Assembly: GCA_964358005.1 (NCBI GenBank)
Contig: CAYHNH010000001.1
Location: forward strand, 78,775-142,774
Length of the DNA stretch: 64,000 bases
Reading direction: 5' to 3'
Source: an uncultured Candidatus Saccharibacteria bacterium
GTDB lineage: Bacteria > Patescibacteriota > Minisyncoccia > Phycocordibacterales > PALSA-1337
Shown here piece after piece: positions 27,652 through 36,561 of the stretch (position 1 is its first letter; each line of letters begins with the position of its first letter). A model generated the notes under the pieces. It did not search any database and had not been told where the DNA came from. It saw only the letters and a program-made list of their open reading frames with translations. Both the position numbers and the translations under genes were made by a program.

Positions 27652-27672
27652 ATTCCCTGTTATACTCTGTCC

Positions 27673-28467
27673 ATGAAAATCATCTCATGGAATGTGAATG
27701 GCATCAGATCCGTAATCAAAAAGGACATCTTTGTTCCTTTCATGGACAAATACCAGCCAGACATTCTCTGCCTCCAAGAGACAAAGGCCGAAAAAGGACA
27801 AGCCATCATAGACATGCCGGAGTACGAGGAGTATTGGAACTCTGCCGAGAAAAAAGGATATTCTGGAACGGCCATATTTACTAAGGTAAAACCGATAAGC
27901 GTCATAAATGGTCTGCCTGACAAGGTTTGCCAGAAATACGGCTTAATTGCAGACAAATACGGTGATCCGCGAACGGAAGGACGTGTCATCGCGGCAGAAT
28001 TCGATGATTTTTATCTAGTCACTGTCTATACGCCAAATGCCAAGGACGACCTGAGCCGCATCCCTTTGCGTCATAGACAGTGGGACCCGGCCTTTCTGGC
28101 GTATTGCAAGGAACTGGAGAAAAAGAAGCCTGTCATCTTCTGTGGTGATTTGAACGTCGCTCACACACCGGATGACCTGGCTCGTCCCAAGGAGAATGAA
28201 GGACTGAAAGGTTTCACCCAGGAAGAACGCGCGGGTTTTGACAACTTTATAAAAGCGGGATTTATTGACACATTTCGCATGTTCCACAAAGGCGCCGGCT
28301 TCTATACCTGGTGGTCGAATTTTTCGAATGCCCGGGGGCGCAATATCGGTTGGAGGATAGACTACTTTTTAGTATCGGAGAGCCTCAAGAATAGGGTCAA
28401 ATCAGCCTCCATTTTGGATGAACAAATGGGCTCAGACCATTGCCCTGTCGAGTTAGTTATTAGGTGA
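27673..28467 (+). CDS. xth: Exodeoxyribonuclease III (AP endonuclease, ExoIII/APE1 family)
   Basis: MKIISWNVNGIRS, ILCLQETK, IFCGDLNVAHTPDDL, WWSNFSNARGRNIGWRIDY and SDHCPV are the conserved EEP-family motifs. Confidence 0.9.
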   Translation: MKIISWNVNGIRSVIKKDIFVPFMDKYQPDILCLQETKAEKGQAIIDMPEYEEYWNSAEKKGYSGTAIFTKVKPISVINGLPDKVCQKYGLIADKYGDPRTEGRVIAAEFDDFYLVTVYTPNAKDDLSRIPLRHRQWDPAFLAYCKELEKKKPVIFCGDLNVAHTPDDLARPKENEGLKGFTQEERAGFDNFIKAGFIDTFRMFHKGAGFYTWWSNFSNARGRNIGWRIDYFLVSESLKNRVKSASILDEQMGSDHCPVELVIR

Positions 28468-28471
28468 TTCG

Positions 28472-28497
28472 TACGGCCTATTTTGGCCGTATTTAGT
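28472..28497 (+). terminator. Rho-independent terminator after xth
   Basis: Stem TACGGCC / GGCCGTA with loop TATTTT, followed by TTTAGT. It begins 5 nt after the xth stop. Confidence 0.5.
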
Positions 28498-28984
28498 AAA
28501 AAAGTTAGCATTATTTCGGCATAAAAAATCCAGAAAAAGAAAAGCCGCGTTTTTATCGTGGTTTCCAGGAGAAAAATTTGGAAACCGCGAACGCGGCTTT
28601 ATGAAGCTAAGCAAACAAGAGCTAGCCACTATCCAAACTGTTACTGAAAACGATAATCGTTTTTAGGTGCCGACGTGCGCTGTCTAGCTAAATTGTGCTC
28701 TCCCGGAAGGAGGCAGTGAGAAATTGTGACAACTTTCGTCAACAGTCCTAGCAACAGAAGGACGGGCAATCCCCAAGATTGTCCTGGGGACAAAAATGGT
28801 TTGCATGAGCTTCGTGAGTTTGAAGGCCTACCCTAGATCCTTCAAAAAGTTTTGTAAGGAGCGTAATCCGCTCTACTTGCAAGTCTCTCGACTTACCGAA
28901 CCTCGGAAGCGGACAAGGTCTACCAAGGAGTGTATATCTTATAAAGGACAGAGTAAAGGACACAATGGGGATAACCTGTTGAGA

Positions 28985-30472
28985 CTATTGGACAAAGTAT
29001 TTTTTCCTTATGTCGCCTAGGTTTTTTGCCTCTTCCTGCTCCTGTTTGTCCTTTCCCTTTTCACCCAATACAGCCAAGGCTTTATCGCTTAGTTTGCATA
29101 GTTCGACAGCCCTCTTCTCGAGATGTTCTTTAGAATTCAGCCTCGGGTCATCAAGGACTTCGTTGAATAGCGCATGCAGTATATTCCCTACCTTGGGTCC
29201 TGGAGGGATGCCTGTGACGTCCATAAGCCTTTTGCCGTCGATGTTCAGCATGGATACAGATATGGGGTCATGGAGAGCTTCCTCGATCATTGCCTTGTAT
29301 TTGCGGAGGCGATACGGGTTTTCCTTAGGCCTGCCGGTGCCTATACGGTCACAGACCCTGACATTCATCAGGTCCCAGATGTTTTCACGCCCAACATTCA
29401 CGATCATGCGTCTTACGGCCGCTAGGGTTATCGTCTCTGTATCAGAGAAAAACATATGCCATCTGACGAGCTTTGTGACTTTTTCGATCGTTGCACGTGA
29501 AAACTTCATCCTTTCCAGGATTTTACGTGTTTCACGTGAACCTTTTACTTCGTGACCATAGAAGGTCACCTGCTTTGTTTCACGTGACACGTCCTTGGTT
29601 GCCGGCTTAGAAATGTCGTGAAATAGTGCAGAAAGCCTTATTTCTAGGCCCCATTCCTTGTCTGCCGCGTGTTGGAGGCTCCTAAGTAGGTGCTCCCAGA
29701 CATCATAAGTATGTGCCTGTGTCTGTGTAACACCGATCCCGGCCTCTAATTCTGGGATTATATGCTTCAAAATACCCGTTTCGTGAAGCAATTCAAGGCC
29801 TTTTTTGGGCTGGGGGGACAGTAAAATCTTAGCGAATTCGTCCCTAATCCTTTCACATGAAACGTCCTTAATAAGCCAGTTTTGGCTATTTATGGCCGTT
29901 AGAGTCTCTTTTTCGATATCAAAGCCCAATACAACAGAAAGCCGGACTGCCCGCATCAATCGCAGGGCATCTTCGCCGAATCTGTCCGATGGGTTGCCCA
30001 CGGTTCTTATGAGCTTACTCTTCAGATCAGCGAACCCAGCGTACAGGTCTATTATGTCCTTTATGGCACCGCCAGAAAGGCTAGCAGCCATGGCGTTTAT
30101 GGTGAAATCGCGCCTTTTAAGGTCATCTTCTATCTTGTCGCTGAATTTGACGCTGTCGGGGTGTCTGCGGTCGGAATATGTGGACTCTATGCGATAGGGA
30201 GTTATCTCTATGTTCCTGAGGGTCTCGTTTTCAGTGTTTTCATTTATGACGGCGACTGTTCCGAAGTCGTTTTCATAGACGGTCTTCGGAAATAGTTTCA
30301 TGATCTGTTCCGGTCGGGCATTCGTGGTGAAATCCCAGTCCTTGGGCTCTTTGCCTAGGAGTAGATCCCGGAGGCATCCACCGACGATATAGGCCTCAAA
30401 ACCGGCCTTTTCAAGGGCTGTAGCAACATTTACCACTTCCGCGGGGATAGGGCTATTTTGAGCCATTTTCAT
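28985..30472 (-). CDS. cca: CCA-adding tRNA nucleotidyltransferase with a C-terminal HD domain
   Basis: GGCLRDLLLGKEPKDWDFTT (pol-beta nucleotidyltransferase motif), RRDFTINAMA and ALFHDISKP...HE (HD). Confidence 0.85.
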   Translation of the reverse strand: MKMAQNSPIPAEVVNVATALEKAGFEAYIVGGCLRDLLLGKEPKDWDFTTNARPEQIMKLFPKTVYENDFGTVAVINENTENETLRNIEITPYRIESTYSDRRHPDSVKFSDKIEDDLKRRDFTINAMAASLSGGAIKDIIDLYAGFADLKSKLIRTVGNPSDRFGEDALRLMRAVRLSVVLGFDIEKETLTAINSQNWLIKDVSCERIRDEFAKILLSPQPKKGLELLHETGILKHIIPELEAGIGVTQTQAHTYDVWEHLLRSLQHAADKEWGLEIRLSALFHDISKPATKDVSRETKQVTFYGHEVKGSRETRKILERMKFSRATIEKVTKLVRWHMFFSDTETITLAAVRRMIVNVGRENIWDLMNVRVCDRIGTGRPKENPYRLRKYKAMIEEALHDPISVSMLNIDGKRLMDVTGIPPGPKVGNILHALFNEVLDDPRLNSKEHLEKRAVELCKLSDKALAVLGEKGKDKQEQEEAKNLGDIRKKYFVQ

Positions 30473-30552
30473 TGAAATATCTTACTACAATTTCCGGTTT
30501 TATTCTATGTGCGCTACTATGCATGGCACGGTACTGAACAATTATAGCTACT

Positions 30553-30624
30553 GCCCTCGTGGTGAAATGGATATCATTCTTGTCTTCGGAACAAGCGTTG
30601 GGGGTTCGAATCCCTCCGAGGGCA
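30553..30624 (+). tRNA. tRNA-Arg (anticodon TCG)
   Basis: Hand-folded cloverleaf: acceptor GCCCTCG/CGAGGGC, D-stem GTGA/TCAT, anticodon stem CTTGT/ACAAG with loop CTTCGGA, T-arm GGGGG-TTCGAAT-CCCTC, discriminator A. CCA is not encoded. Confidence 0.75.
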
Positions 30625-30688
30625 CTTTCTTCCAAAACATAAAGAACTAAGTTATACTCTTTTGACTTGTGTTTTGAAGGTGCGTGTT

Positions 30689-30759
30689 GCGGGTATGGTT
30701 TAATGGTAGGACGCGTCCTTGCCAAGGACGAGGTGGGAGTTCGATTCTCCCTACCCGCA
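30689..30759 (+). tRNA. tRNA-Gly (anticodon GCC)
   Basis: Acceptor GCGGGTA/TACCCGC, anticodon stem CGTCC/GGACG with loop TTGCCAA, T-arm GGGAG-TTCGATT-CTCCC, discriminator A. Confidence 0.85.
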
Positions 30760-30797
30760 CAAGTCAGTTTATCAGAGCTAGCATTCCAAAAAGAGGT

Positions 30798-30840
30798 GAT
30801 AGGTCGATCACATGTCTTTTTTGGTCTTTAGAATTAAAAA
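30798..30840 (+). terminator. Hairpin plus T-run after the tRNA-Arg/tRNA-Gly pair
   Basis: CCAAAAAGA...TCTTTTTGG (9-bp stem) encloses the GTGAT...ATCAC sub-stem, and the 3' arm is itself T-rich (tcttttttggtcttt). Confidence 0.4.
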
Positions 30841-31007
30841 CGGCTTAATTTCGGTGTTTGGAGTGTACGTTTACACGTGAAACCTGGGGATAACACTGTG
30901 AACACGGTTGATAAAAGACACAAAATAGGCCTAATTCTCGTCGTTTTGACCGATTAACAGAGTCCTTAACGTGCCACGGCCTTACGAGGCTATTTTTCAA
31001 GTACAAA

Positions 31008-31388
31008 ATGCATAATCGACAAAAAGGGGACTTGGGCGAGAGTATTGCCTGTGCGCGTTTGATCAAGGAGGGTTTTGTTATCAAGGCTAGGAACTATATG
31101 AAGAAATGGGGCGAGATAGATATCATTGCCGAAAAGGACGACACGGTTCATTTTGTTGAAGTAAAAAGCGTGATGGTCCATAAAGGCCAGTCTTTTAGGG
31201 ATTCCCATGTTCCAGAGGAGAACGTTCATCCCTGGAAAACTCTCCATATTCGCAGGATGGTCAAGACCTATTTTGCCGAGAAAGGGGAGAATGGTGAAAC
31301 AGAGTTTCAGTTTCATATTTTTTGCGTGTATATCGACATGAAAGCCAGAAAAGCTCGCATTAAATGGCTAAAGAACATAATTCTGTGA
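31008..31388 (+). CDS. yraN: YraN/UPF0102-family endonuclease-like protein
   Basis: GDLGESIACARLIKEGFVIKARNYMKKWGEIDIIAEKDDTVHFVEVK is the hallmark YraN motif (GExxA...GEIDIIA...FVEVK). Confidence 0.75.
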   Translation: MHNRQKGDLGESIACARLIKEGFVIKARNYMKKWGEIDIIAEKDDTVHFVEVKSVMVHKGQSFRDSHVPEENVHPWKTLHIRRMVKTYFAEKGENGETEFQFHIFCVYIDMKARKARIKWLKNIIL

Positions 31389-31443
31389 TAATATGCCATT
31401 GTCCGCCGGACTGCCGCCTTGCTGGCAGGCAGGGCAGGACATC

Positions 31444-31516
31444 CGGAGCGTGGTGTAACGGCTAACATCCCTGTTTTGGGTACAGGTGACTCCGGGTTCG
31501 AATCCCGGCGCTCCGA
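31444..31516 (+). tRNA. tRNA-Pro (anticodon TGG)
   Basis: Acceptor CGGAGCG/CGCTCCG (7 Watson-Crick pairs), anticodon stem CCTGT/ACAGG with loop TTTGGGT (G37), T-arm CCGGG-TTCGAAT-CCCGG, discriminator A. Confidence 0.85.
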
Positions 31517-31524
31517 CAAGCAAA

Positions 31525-31956
31525 ATGAAGAAAACACTAGAATTCTTTGATCATCTCGAGGACAAAGTGCGCGGACACTTGAGCCGCTACCCGATCGTAT
31601 ATACGATGATCGGAGCAGTTGCTATAGTCCTGTTTTGGCGAGGAGTTTGGCACACAGCGGATATCCTACAGGCGAAGGGAGGTTGGCTCGGCTGGGTATT
31701 CTATGAGCCGACCAACCTGGTCATCGTCCTGGTGATCCTTCTAGCGACCGGCCTGTTCGTCTCATATTTCATCGGGGATACGATACTCCTGAGCGGCCTC
31801 AAAAAAGAAAAGAAGGTCGCCGAAAGGACCGAAAGGGAGGTTAAGGAAGAGGATGAGAAGATATCTGAGCTTCGCACCACGATCAAGGAGATGAAAAAGG
31901 AGGTGGACCAGATAAAAGAGATCGTGGTAGAGGAGCACAAGTTACATCATTCATGA
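31525..31956 (+). CDS. Small membrane protein with a C-terminal coiled coil (hypothetical)
   Basis: Start taken at MKKTLEFF, just after tRNA-Pro. Two TM helices (IVYTMIGAVAIVLFW; LVIVLVILLATGLFVSYFI), then a KE-rich coiled coil. Confidence 0.5.
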   Translation: MKKTLEFFDHLEDKVRGHLSRYPIVYTMIGAVAIVLFWRGVWHTADILQAKGGWLGWVFYEPTNLVIVLVILLATGLFVSYFIGDTILLSGLKKEKKVAERTEREVKEEDEKISELRTTIKEMKKEVDQIKEIVVEEHKLHHS

Positions 31957-31978
31957 TAGGATGTTGCTGTCCGAAAAA

Positions 31979-32049
31979 GCGGGATTAGTTTATCGGTAAA
32001 ATAACAGTTTTCCAAACTGTGGTGGCGGGTTCGACTCCCGCATCCCGCA
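31979..32049 (+). tRNA. tRNA-Gly (anticodon TCC)
   Basis: Acceptor GCGGGAT/ATCCCGC, anticodon stem ACAGT/ACTGT with loop TTTCCAA, T-arm GCGGG-TTCGACT-CCCGC, discriminator A. Confidence 0.85.
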
Positions 32050-32050
32050 C

Positions 32051-32623
32051 ATGATAATAGGCGTAGATTTGGATGATGTGCTGCTGGATTTTTTCGGCAC
32101 ATTTTGCGATTTCATAAACGAAAAGAATGGCACGAAATACGACAGGAACAGCCTGACTGATTTTTATCTTGAAAAATCTTGGGGCTGGACGAAAGAGGCC
32201 GCCTCGCAGGCGATCACGGACTTCTATGCATCCGCCAAGCATGTGGGTGCTGCTCCCGTAAAAGGCGCAGTGGAAGCGGTAAGCACGCTTTCGAAGGGCA
32301 ATACTCTGCACATCATAACTTCCAAGCCGGACTCTCTGCGGGAAATTACTGAGAAGTGGGTGTATAAAAATTACCCGGGGATGTTCGCCGGCATTCATTT
32401 CATGAATCAATACCACAGCAAAGGCGAGAAACGCCTTAAGGCCGATGTCTGCAAAGAGCTGGGCGCCACGATATTGATCGAGGATTCCCTGGAGCAGGCG
32501 CAGAGCGCGGACGCCAAGGGTATCCGCGTCTTGATGCTGGACGCTCCCTGGAACCAGAAAGATGTGCGGACATCTATAACCAGGGTGAAGTCATGGAACG
32601 AGATTGTCACTTTACTTTCTTAG
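32051..32623 (+). CDS. HAD-superfamily 5'(3')-deoxyribonucleotidase-like hydrolase
   Basis: HAD motif I at the extreme N-terminus (MIIGVDLDDVLLDF), then LHIITSKP (motif II-like) and ILIEDS (motif IV-like). The ATG lies 2 nt after the tRNA-Gly 3' end. Confidence 0.6.
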   Translation: MIIGVDLDDVLLDFFGTFCDFINEKNGTKYDRNSLTDFYLEKSWGWTKEAASQAITDFYASAKHVGAAPVKGAVEAVSTLSKGNTLHIITSKPDSLREITEKWVYKNYPGMFAGIHFMNQYHSKGEKRLKADVCKELGATILIEDSLEQAQSADAKGIRVLMLDAPWNQKDVRTSITRVKSWNEIVTLLS

Positions 32624-33376
32624 AGAGATATCCCAGAGGGTCTTGAAGTGCATGAGCTGCAGCTTGGCGAACTCCTCGCTCTGTACTATGAACCCAAAGG
32701 GCTTCTCGCTGGAGGATACGAAAGCGACTTTGTCTGCATATATCCAGTAGCTGATCTCGAAATGCATGGATTTCGGAGTGTAGCGTATCTCCCGCAAGTC
32801 GTCTTTCCTAGTGCCCATGTAGGGATATTTTTTGAAGTTTATCTTTCTGGAATCGTGGCGACGTAGGGCCTTCAAGCTTACATTATTGGCGATACGCCTC
32901 TTGTTGTGCCACTCCAAATATTCTGTGCCTAGGATATCCATCATCTTATGAGTCGGCCAGAGGGAATAGGTCTCTATATTCTTGTAAAAAAGGGCATCGT
33001 TAAAGATCCTTTGTATACCTTCCTGACCAGCGAAAAATCGGATCTGCGGCTCGACCGTCTTGGTCCTCTTTCTTAAAGAGGGAAGGGCTTCCTTCAATAA
33101 TTTTTTTCCGTGCTCGATTACGGCTGTCTGCTGGTCTAGGAGCTGGGTCAGAGTATCTGGATCGCTTGCTCCGAATATGGTTTTCGAATCCTCGATCTTC
33201 GATACGACCAGACCCTTATTCATGAGGTCGTTCAGGCCGTCATATACAGTGGGGCGGGGCATGCTCAATCTCTGCGAGATCATCCGGGCTGATGCCGCGC
33301 CAGATCCCAGGAGATCCAGGTATATACGCTGGGTGCCGCCCTCCACGCCCAGTACTTTTAGGATATCTTCTATCAC
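32612..33376 (-). CDS. TrmB-family transcriptional regulator, copy 1
   Basis: N-terminal winged HTH (LKVLGVEGGTQRIYLDLLGSGAASARMISQRLSMPRPTVYDGLNDLMNKGLVV). It is divergent from an SBP gene. Confidence 0.7.
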   Translation of the reverse strand: MIEDILKVLGVEGGTQRIYLDLLGSGAASARMISQRLSMPRPTVYDGLNDLMNKGLVVSKIEDSKTIFGASDPDTLTQLLDQQTAVIEHGKKLLKEALPSLRKRTKTVEPQIRFFAGQEGIQRIFNDALFYKNIETYSLWPTHKMMDILGTEYLEWHNKRRIANNVSLKALRRHDSRKINFKKYPYMGTRKDDLREIRYTPKSMHFEISYWIYADKVAFVSSSEKPFGFIVQSEEFAKLQLMHFKTLWDISLRK

Positions 33377-33449
33377 GGGCTCATTCTAGCAGGATTGTCG
33401 CTTTTTGACGACAGATAGACAACTTTGTTGACTGCGCTAGGCTGTCTGC

Positions 33450-34550
33450 ATGAAAACCAAGAATATCATTTTGGCTCTAATAGCGATCGCCCTAGCAGCC
33501 ATTATCATAACCAGGGCGGTTAGGCCCAATAATAGCTCCTCTATACGAGTTGCGGGCATATTCTCCCTGACCGGCAATGCTGCTGTCTATGGAGAGCCGG
33601 CCAAGAATGGCATGATGCTCGCCATCGAGGACATAAATGCCAAGGGAGGCATAAACGGCAAGCTCGTGGAAGCAGTCTACGAGGATTCGCAATTCGATCC
33701 AAAGATCGCCATTTCTGCCTATCAAAAGGCGCGGGCAGAAGGCATCCGGCTCATCGTCAGCAATGGCTCCTCCGTTTCGCTGGCTCTCCAGAAGCCCGTA
33801 GTCGACAATAAAGACCTGCAATTCGAAACTGGAGCAGTCACTCCGGCTTACAGCGATGGGGTACCAAATACCTGCAGGCTGACCCTCACTGCTCCGGTCG
33901 CTGGGAAGAGGCTGGGCGACTTTATTGCAGAAAAAATGAAGCCGCAATCATTCGCGGCATTGACCATCAATGACGATTTCGGCAGGTCCATGGCCGAGAA
34001 TGTCTCAAAAACCGTTTCCGGCTATGGGATAGCAGTCAAAGGAGCCGAATCATTCGACAAGAGTGCGGGAGACTTTAGGACACAGATAACTAAACTCGCC
34101 GCGATGAAACCAGACGTTCTCATGGTCATACCTCTGGGCGGCCAGGCGCCTGCTTTGCTGAAGCAATTGAAGGAGTTGAACTGGAAGGGCACGATGGTGA
34201 GCGACCATTGGACCATCATCAATGACAGCATCAAGGACTTGAGCCTGGTCGAGGGTATATATTTCGTGAACTATGATTGGGATGGCCTGTCGTGGCCGGC
34301 CTATATGGATAGATTCAAAACTTCGGCTCCTGCCATCGCGGCCAACGCCTACGACTCAATGCAGCTCATTGCCTACGGCATCAAGGGTGCCGGTACTGAA
34401 GACCCCGAGTCATTGGCGAAGTGGCTCATAGAAAATACCGAGGATTATCAGGGTATCACTGGCTCTATAACACTGAACCCTGACTGTGAGGCGTCTAGGA
34501 GCGCTGTTATTCAACAGGTTAAGGATGGAAAATTTGTGACGGTGGAGTGA
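33450..34550 (+). CDS. Membrane-anchored periplasmic-binding-protein type I (Leu/Ile/Val-binding-like) substrate-binding protein, copy 1
   Basis: N-terminal TM anchor (IILALIAIALAAIIIT), then IRVAGIFSLTGNAAVYGEPAKNGMMLAIEDINAKGGINGKLVEAVYEDSQFDP, the PBP1/LivJ-like signature. Confidence 0.8.
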   Translation: MKTKNIILALIAIALAAIIITRAVRPNNSSSIRVAGIFSLTGNAAVYGEPAKNGMMLAIEDINAKGGINGKLVEAVYEDSQFDPKIAISAYQKARAEGIRLIVSNGSSVSLALQKPVVDNKDLQFETGAVTPAYSDGVPNTCRLTLTAPVAGKRLGDFIAEKMKPQSFAALTINDDFGRSMAENVSKTVSGYGIAVKGAESFDKSAGDFRTQITKLAAMKPDVLMVIPLGGQAPALLKQLKELNWKGTMVSDHWTIINDSIKDLSLVEGIYFVNYDWDGLSWPAYMDRFKTSAPAIAANAYDSMQLIAYGIKGAGTEDPESLAKWLIENTEDYQGITGSITLNPDCEASRSAVIQQVKDGKFVTVE

Positions 34551-34567
34551 TCAGAAAGCACCCATTA

Positions 34568-35338
34568 CTACTGTTTTGCCGGCTCTAGCGTCTCCCAAAG
34601 TATCTCGAACACTGATTTGAAGACGTCTACCATCGGCGGTATCTCTATGACCACGGCCATAGCCTTTAATTCAGGGCCTACGATGAAGATCTTGTCATCG
34701 TAGATGTCTATCGTGCTTCGAAAGAAGTATTTTGCTGGCATGTATTTAAAGGCTCGCAATAGGGAAGGGTCGTTCTGGCCGATCTCCTTGCGAGAATCGT
34801 CAGACATTATGAGCTTAACCTTGATGTTGTTGGCAGCCCGGCGTTTTCTGTACTCGATGAGAAAATCTCGGTCTATATTGAGGAAGCCTGAGGCGCTGCC
34901 GATGATGTAATACTCGCGACCTTTGTATTCGTGGAGCACATTCTCATAAAAAAGCTCAAACTCTTTTTTTGACCTGATAAAACGCACCCCATATAGTTCA
35001 CCAGTCTTTCCTTCGAGTGCTTCAAGCTTGGGGATGATGCTGTTCAAGGCCTCGATCTTTCGGCTGTAGAGAGTCGAAAGACCCGACGGCTTGATTGCCC
35101 TGAAGAATTTCTTACGGCCTGAGTCGTAAATAGTCACTAAGCCCTGGGAGATCAACCTTTCTATTATCGGATAGACGGTCGTTCGTTTTATGTCGATCTT
35201 TTTCGCCAAGGTCGTGGCGTCGGCACCGCCTGTTTTTAGCAGTCCCAAATAGACATTCGTTTCCATTTCAGAAAGGCCGATTTCCTTTAGTACAGTTGTA
35301 ATATTTGATATTTCCATGTTGTCATTTTTTAACAACAA
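34568..35338 (-). CDS. TrmB-family transcriptional regulator, copy 2
   Basis: HTH LKEIGLSEMETNVYLGLLKTGGADATTLAKKIDIKRTTVYPIIERLISQGLV. It is divergent from SBP copy 2. Confidence 0.7.
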   Translation of the reverse strand: MLLKNDNMEISNITTVLKEIGLSEMETNVYLGLLKTGGADATTLAKKIDIKRTTVYPIIERLISQGLVTIYDSGRKKFFRAIKPSGLSTLYSRKIEALNSIIPKLEALEGKTGELYGVRFIRSKKEFELFYENVLHEYKGREYYIIGSASGFLNIDRDFLIEYRKRRAANNIKVKLIMSDDSRKEIGQNDPSLLRAFKYMPAKYFFRSTIDIYDDKIFIVGPELKAMAVVIEIPPMVDVFKSVFEILWETLEPAKQ

Positions 35339-35442
35339 ACTATGTAAATAGTGTAATATTCCTTTAAATATAAGTCAATACGTTTGATAGCTGTTAAAAT
35401 TACTTGACAATACATTTATGATTCTGTATACTTACCCTCATT

Positions 35443-36561
35443 ATGAAAAATACCAAACTTTGGGTTGGAGCCATTATCCTAGTGGTGATCGTTGCCCTCA
35501 GCATCGTTTTTGGACGTTCTACGCAAACGGTCAAAATAGGGGCGATGTTCCCGCTAACTGGCGGTCTGGCTTCGTATGGCGAATTGGCCAGGAACATGGC
35601 CGCGCTTGCAGTTGAGGAAATAAATTCCACTGGCGGCATCAATGGCCGGCAATTGGAGCTCATAATAGATGATCACAAATGCGATCCGAAGCAAGCTATT
35701 GCGGTATTCGAAAAACAAGCCAGCGTGGATGATGTTCACATCTTCACTTCTGTTGCTTGTACGGGGACAGTATTGAGCATCGCTTCTCAATTAGAGGCAA
35801 AGAACGCTGTTCTTCTCGGTACGATCACTAGCGGTAACAAACTTACCGGCGTTTCGCCGAACTTTTTCAGAAATTGGGCCTCTGATAGACAGGAATCGCG
35901 CCTTCTCGCTGATGAGATAATCAAAAAGGGCTACAAGAGTGTTGCGGCGATTTACGAGGAGACTGATTATGCCAAGGGTCTCGTGATATCCTTGCAGGAA
36001 TTCCTGAAAGATAGCGGCGTCGAGCTGTCCACCGAGTCTTTTGCCGTGAATGCGACGGATGTGCGGTCCCAGTTGACGAAATTGTCCGCGCTCAAAGCGG
36101 ATCTGCTCTTTGTGAGCGTGCAAACTGTCACTACCGGCGAAACGGTGCTCACACAGATGGAACAATTGAAGTTCCAGCCGAATAACCTCTTCGTGAGCGA
36201 CAACATCCTAAAGACTCAGACCCTGCTCACTGACCACAGCAGACTCCTCGAGGGCGCGATCGGTGCTGACTATGTCATCCCCGTGAATTCTAGGCTCGAG
36301 GATGTCATGCTCAAATATAAAGAAAAGTACGGTTCTGATTGTCTACAGATAAATCTGTGTGCAGCTGAATACGATGCAGCTCGTCTCTTGGCTGAGGCGA
36401 TGAAAAATACCGACGGATCAACCTTGTCTGTCCGCAACTACTTGAAGGTGGTGAACTATGACGGCGTGAGCGGACAGGTCAGCTTTGACAGCAATAACGA
36501 CAGAGCTAATGCGGCTTATTCGTTGTTTAAAATAAGTGCTGGCAAGGCGGGGATTAAGTAG
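35443..36561 (+). CDS. Membrane-anchored PBP1-type substrate-binding protein, copy 2
   Basis: TM anchor (LWVGAIILVVIVALSIVF), then VKIGAMFPLTGGLASYGELARNMAALAVEEINSTGGINGRQLELIIDDHKCDP. Confidence 0.8.
   Translation: MKNTKLWVGAIILVVIVALSIVFGRSTQTVKIGAMFPLTGGLASYGELARNMAALAVEEINSTGGINGRQLELIIDDHKCDPKQAIAVFEKQASVDDVHIFTSVACTGTVLSIASQLEAKNAVLLGTITSGNKLTGVSPNFFRNWASDRQESRLLADEIIKKGYKSVAAIYEETDYAKGLVISLQEFLKDSGVELSTESFAVNATDVRSQLTKLSALKADLLFVSVQTVTTGETVLTQMEQLKFQPNNLFVSDNILKTQTLLTDHSRLLEGAIGADYVIPVNSRLEDVMLKYKEKYGSDCLQINLCAAEYDAARLLAEAMKNTDGSTLSVRNYLKVVNYDGVSGQVSFDSNNDRANAAYSLFKISAGKAGIK

Noticed and set aside
28680-28760. Possible SRP RNA (4.5S), suggested by CCGGAAGGAGGCAG resembling the domain IV GGAAGGAAGCAGC motif
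   Set aside because: The conserved 3' partner strand (UGUGCCG...AGGG) and a closing helix are absent, and GCAGUG differs from GCAGC. The support is insufficient, so it is kept only as part of the unexplained structured intergenic region.
28498-28984. Motif search for RNase P RNA or tmRNA in this long intergenic region
   Set aside because: No GGAAAGUCCGG P4 strand, no tRNA-like GGUUCGA..CC 3' end, and no plausible tag reading frame ending in hydrophobic residues was found on either strand.
30453-30725. 90-aa minus-strand ORF and the 74-aa ORF at 31313..31537
   Set aside because: Both overlap well-formed tRNA genes (tRNA-Arg/Gly and tRNA-Pro respectively) and are spurious.
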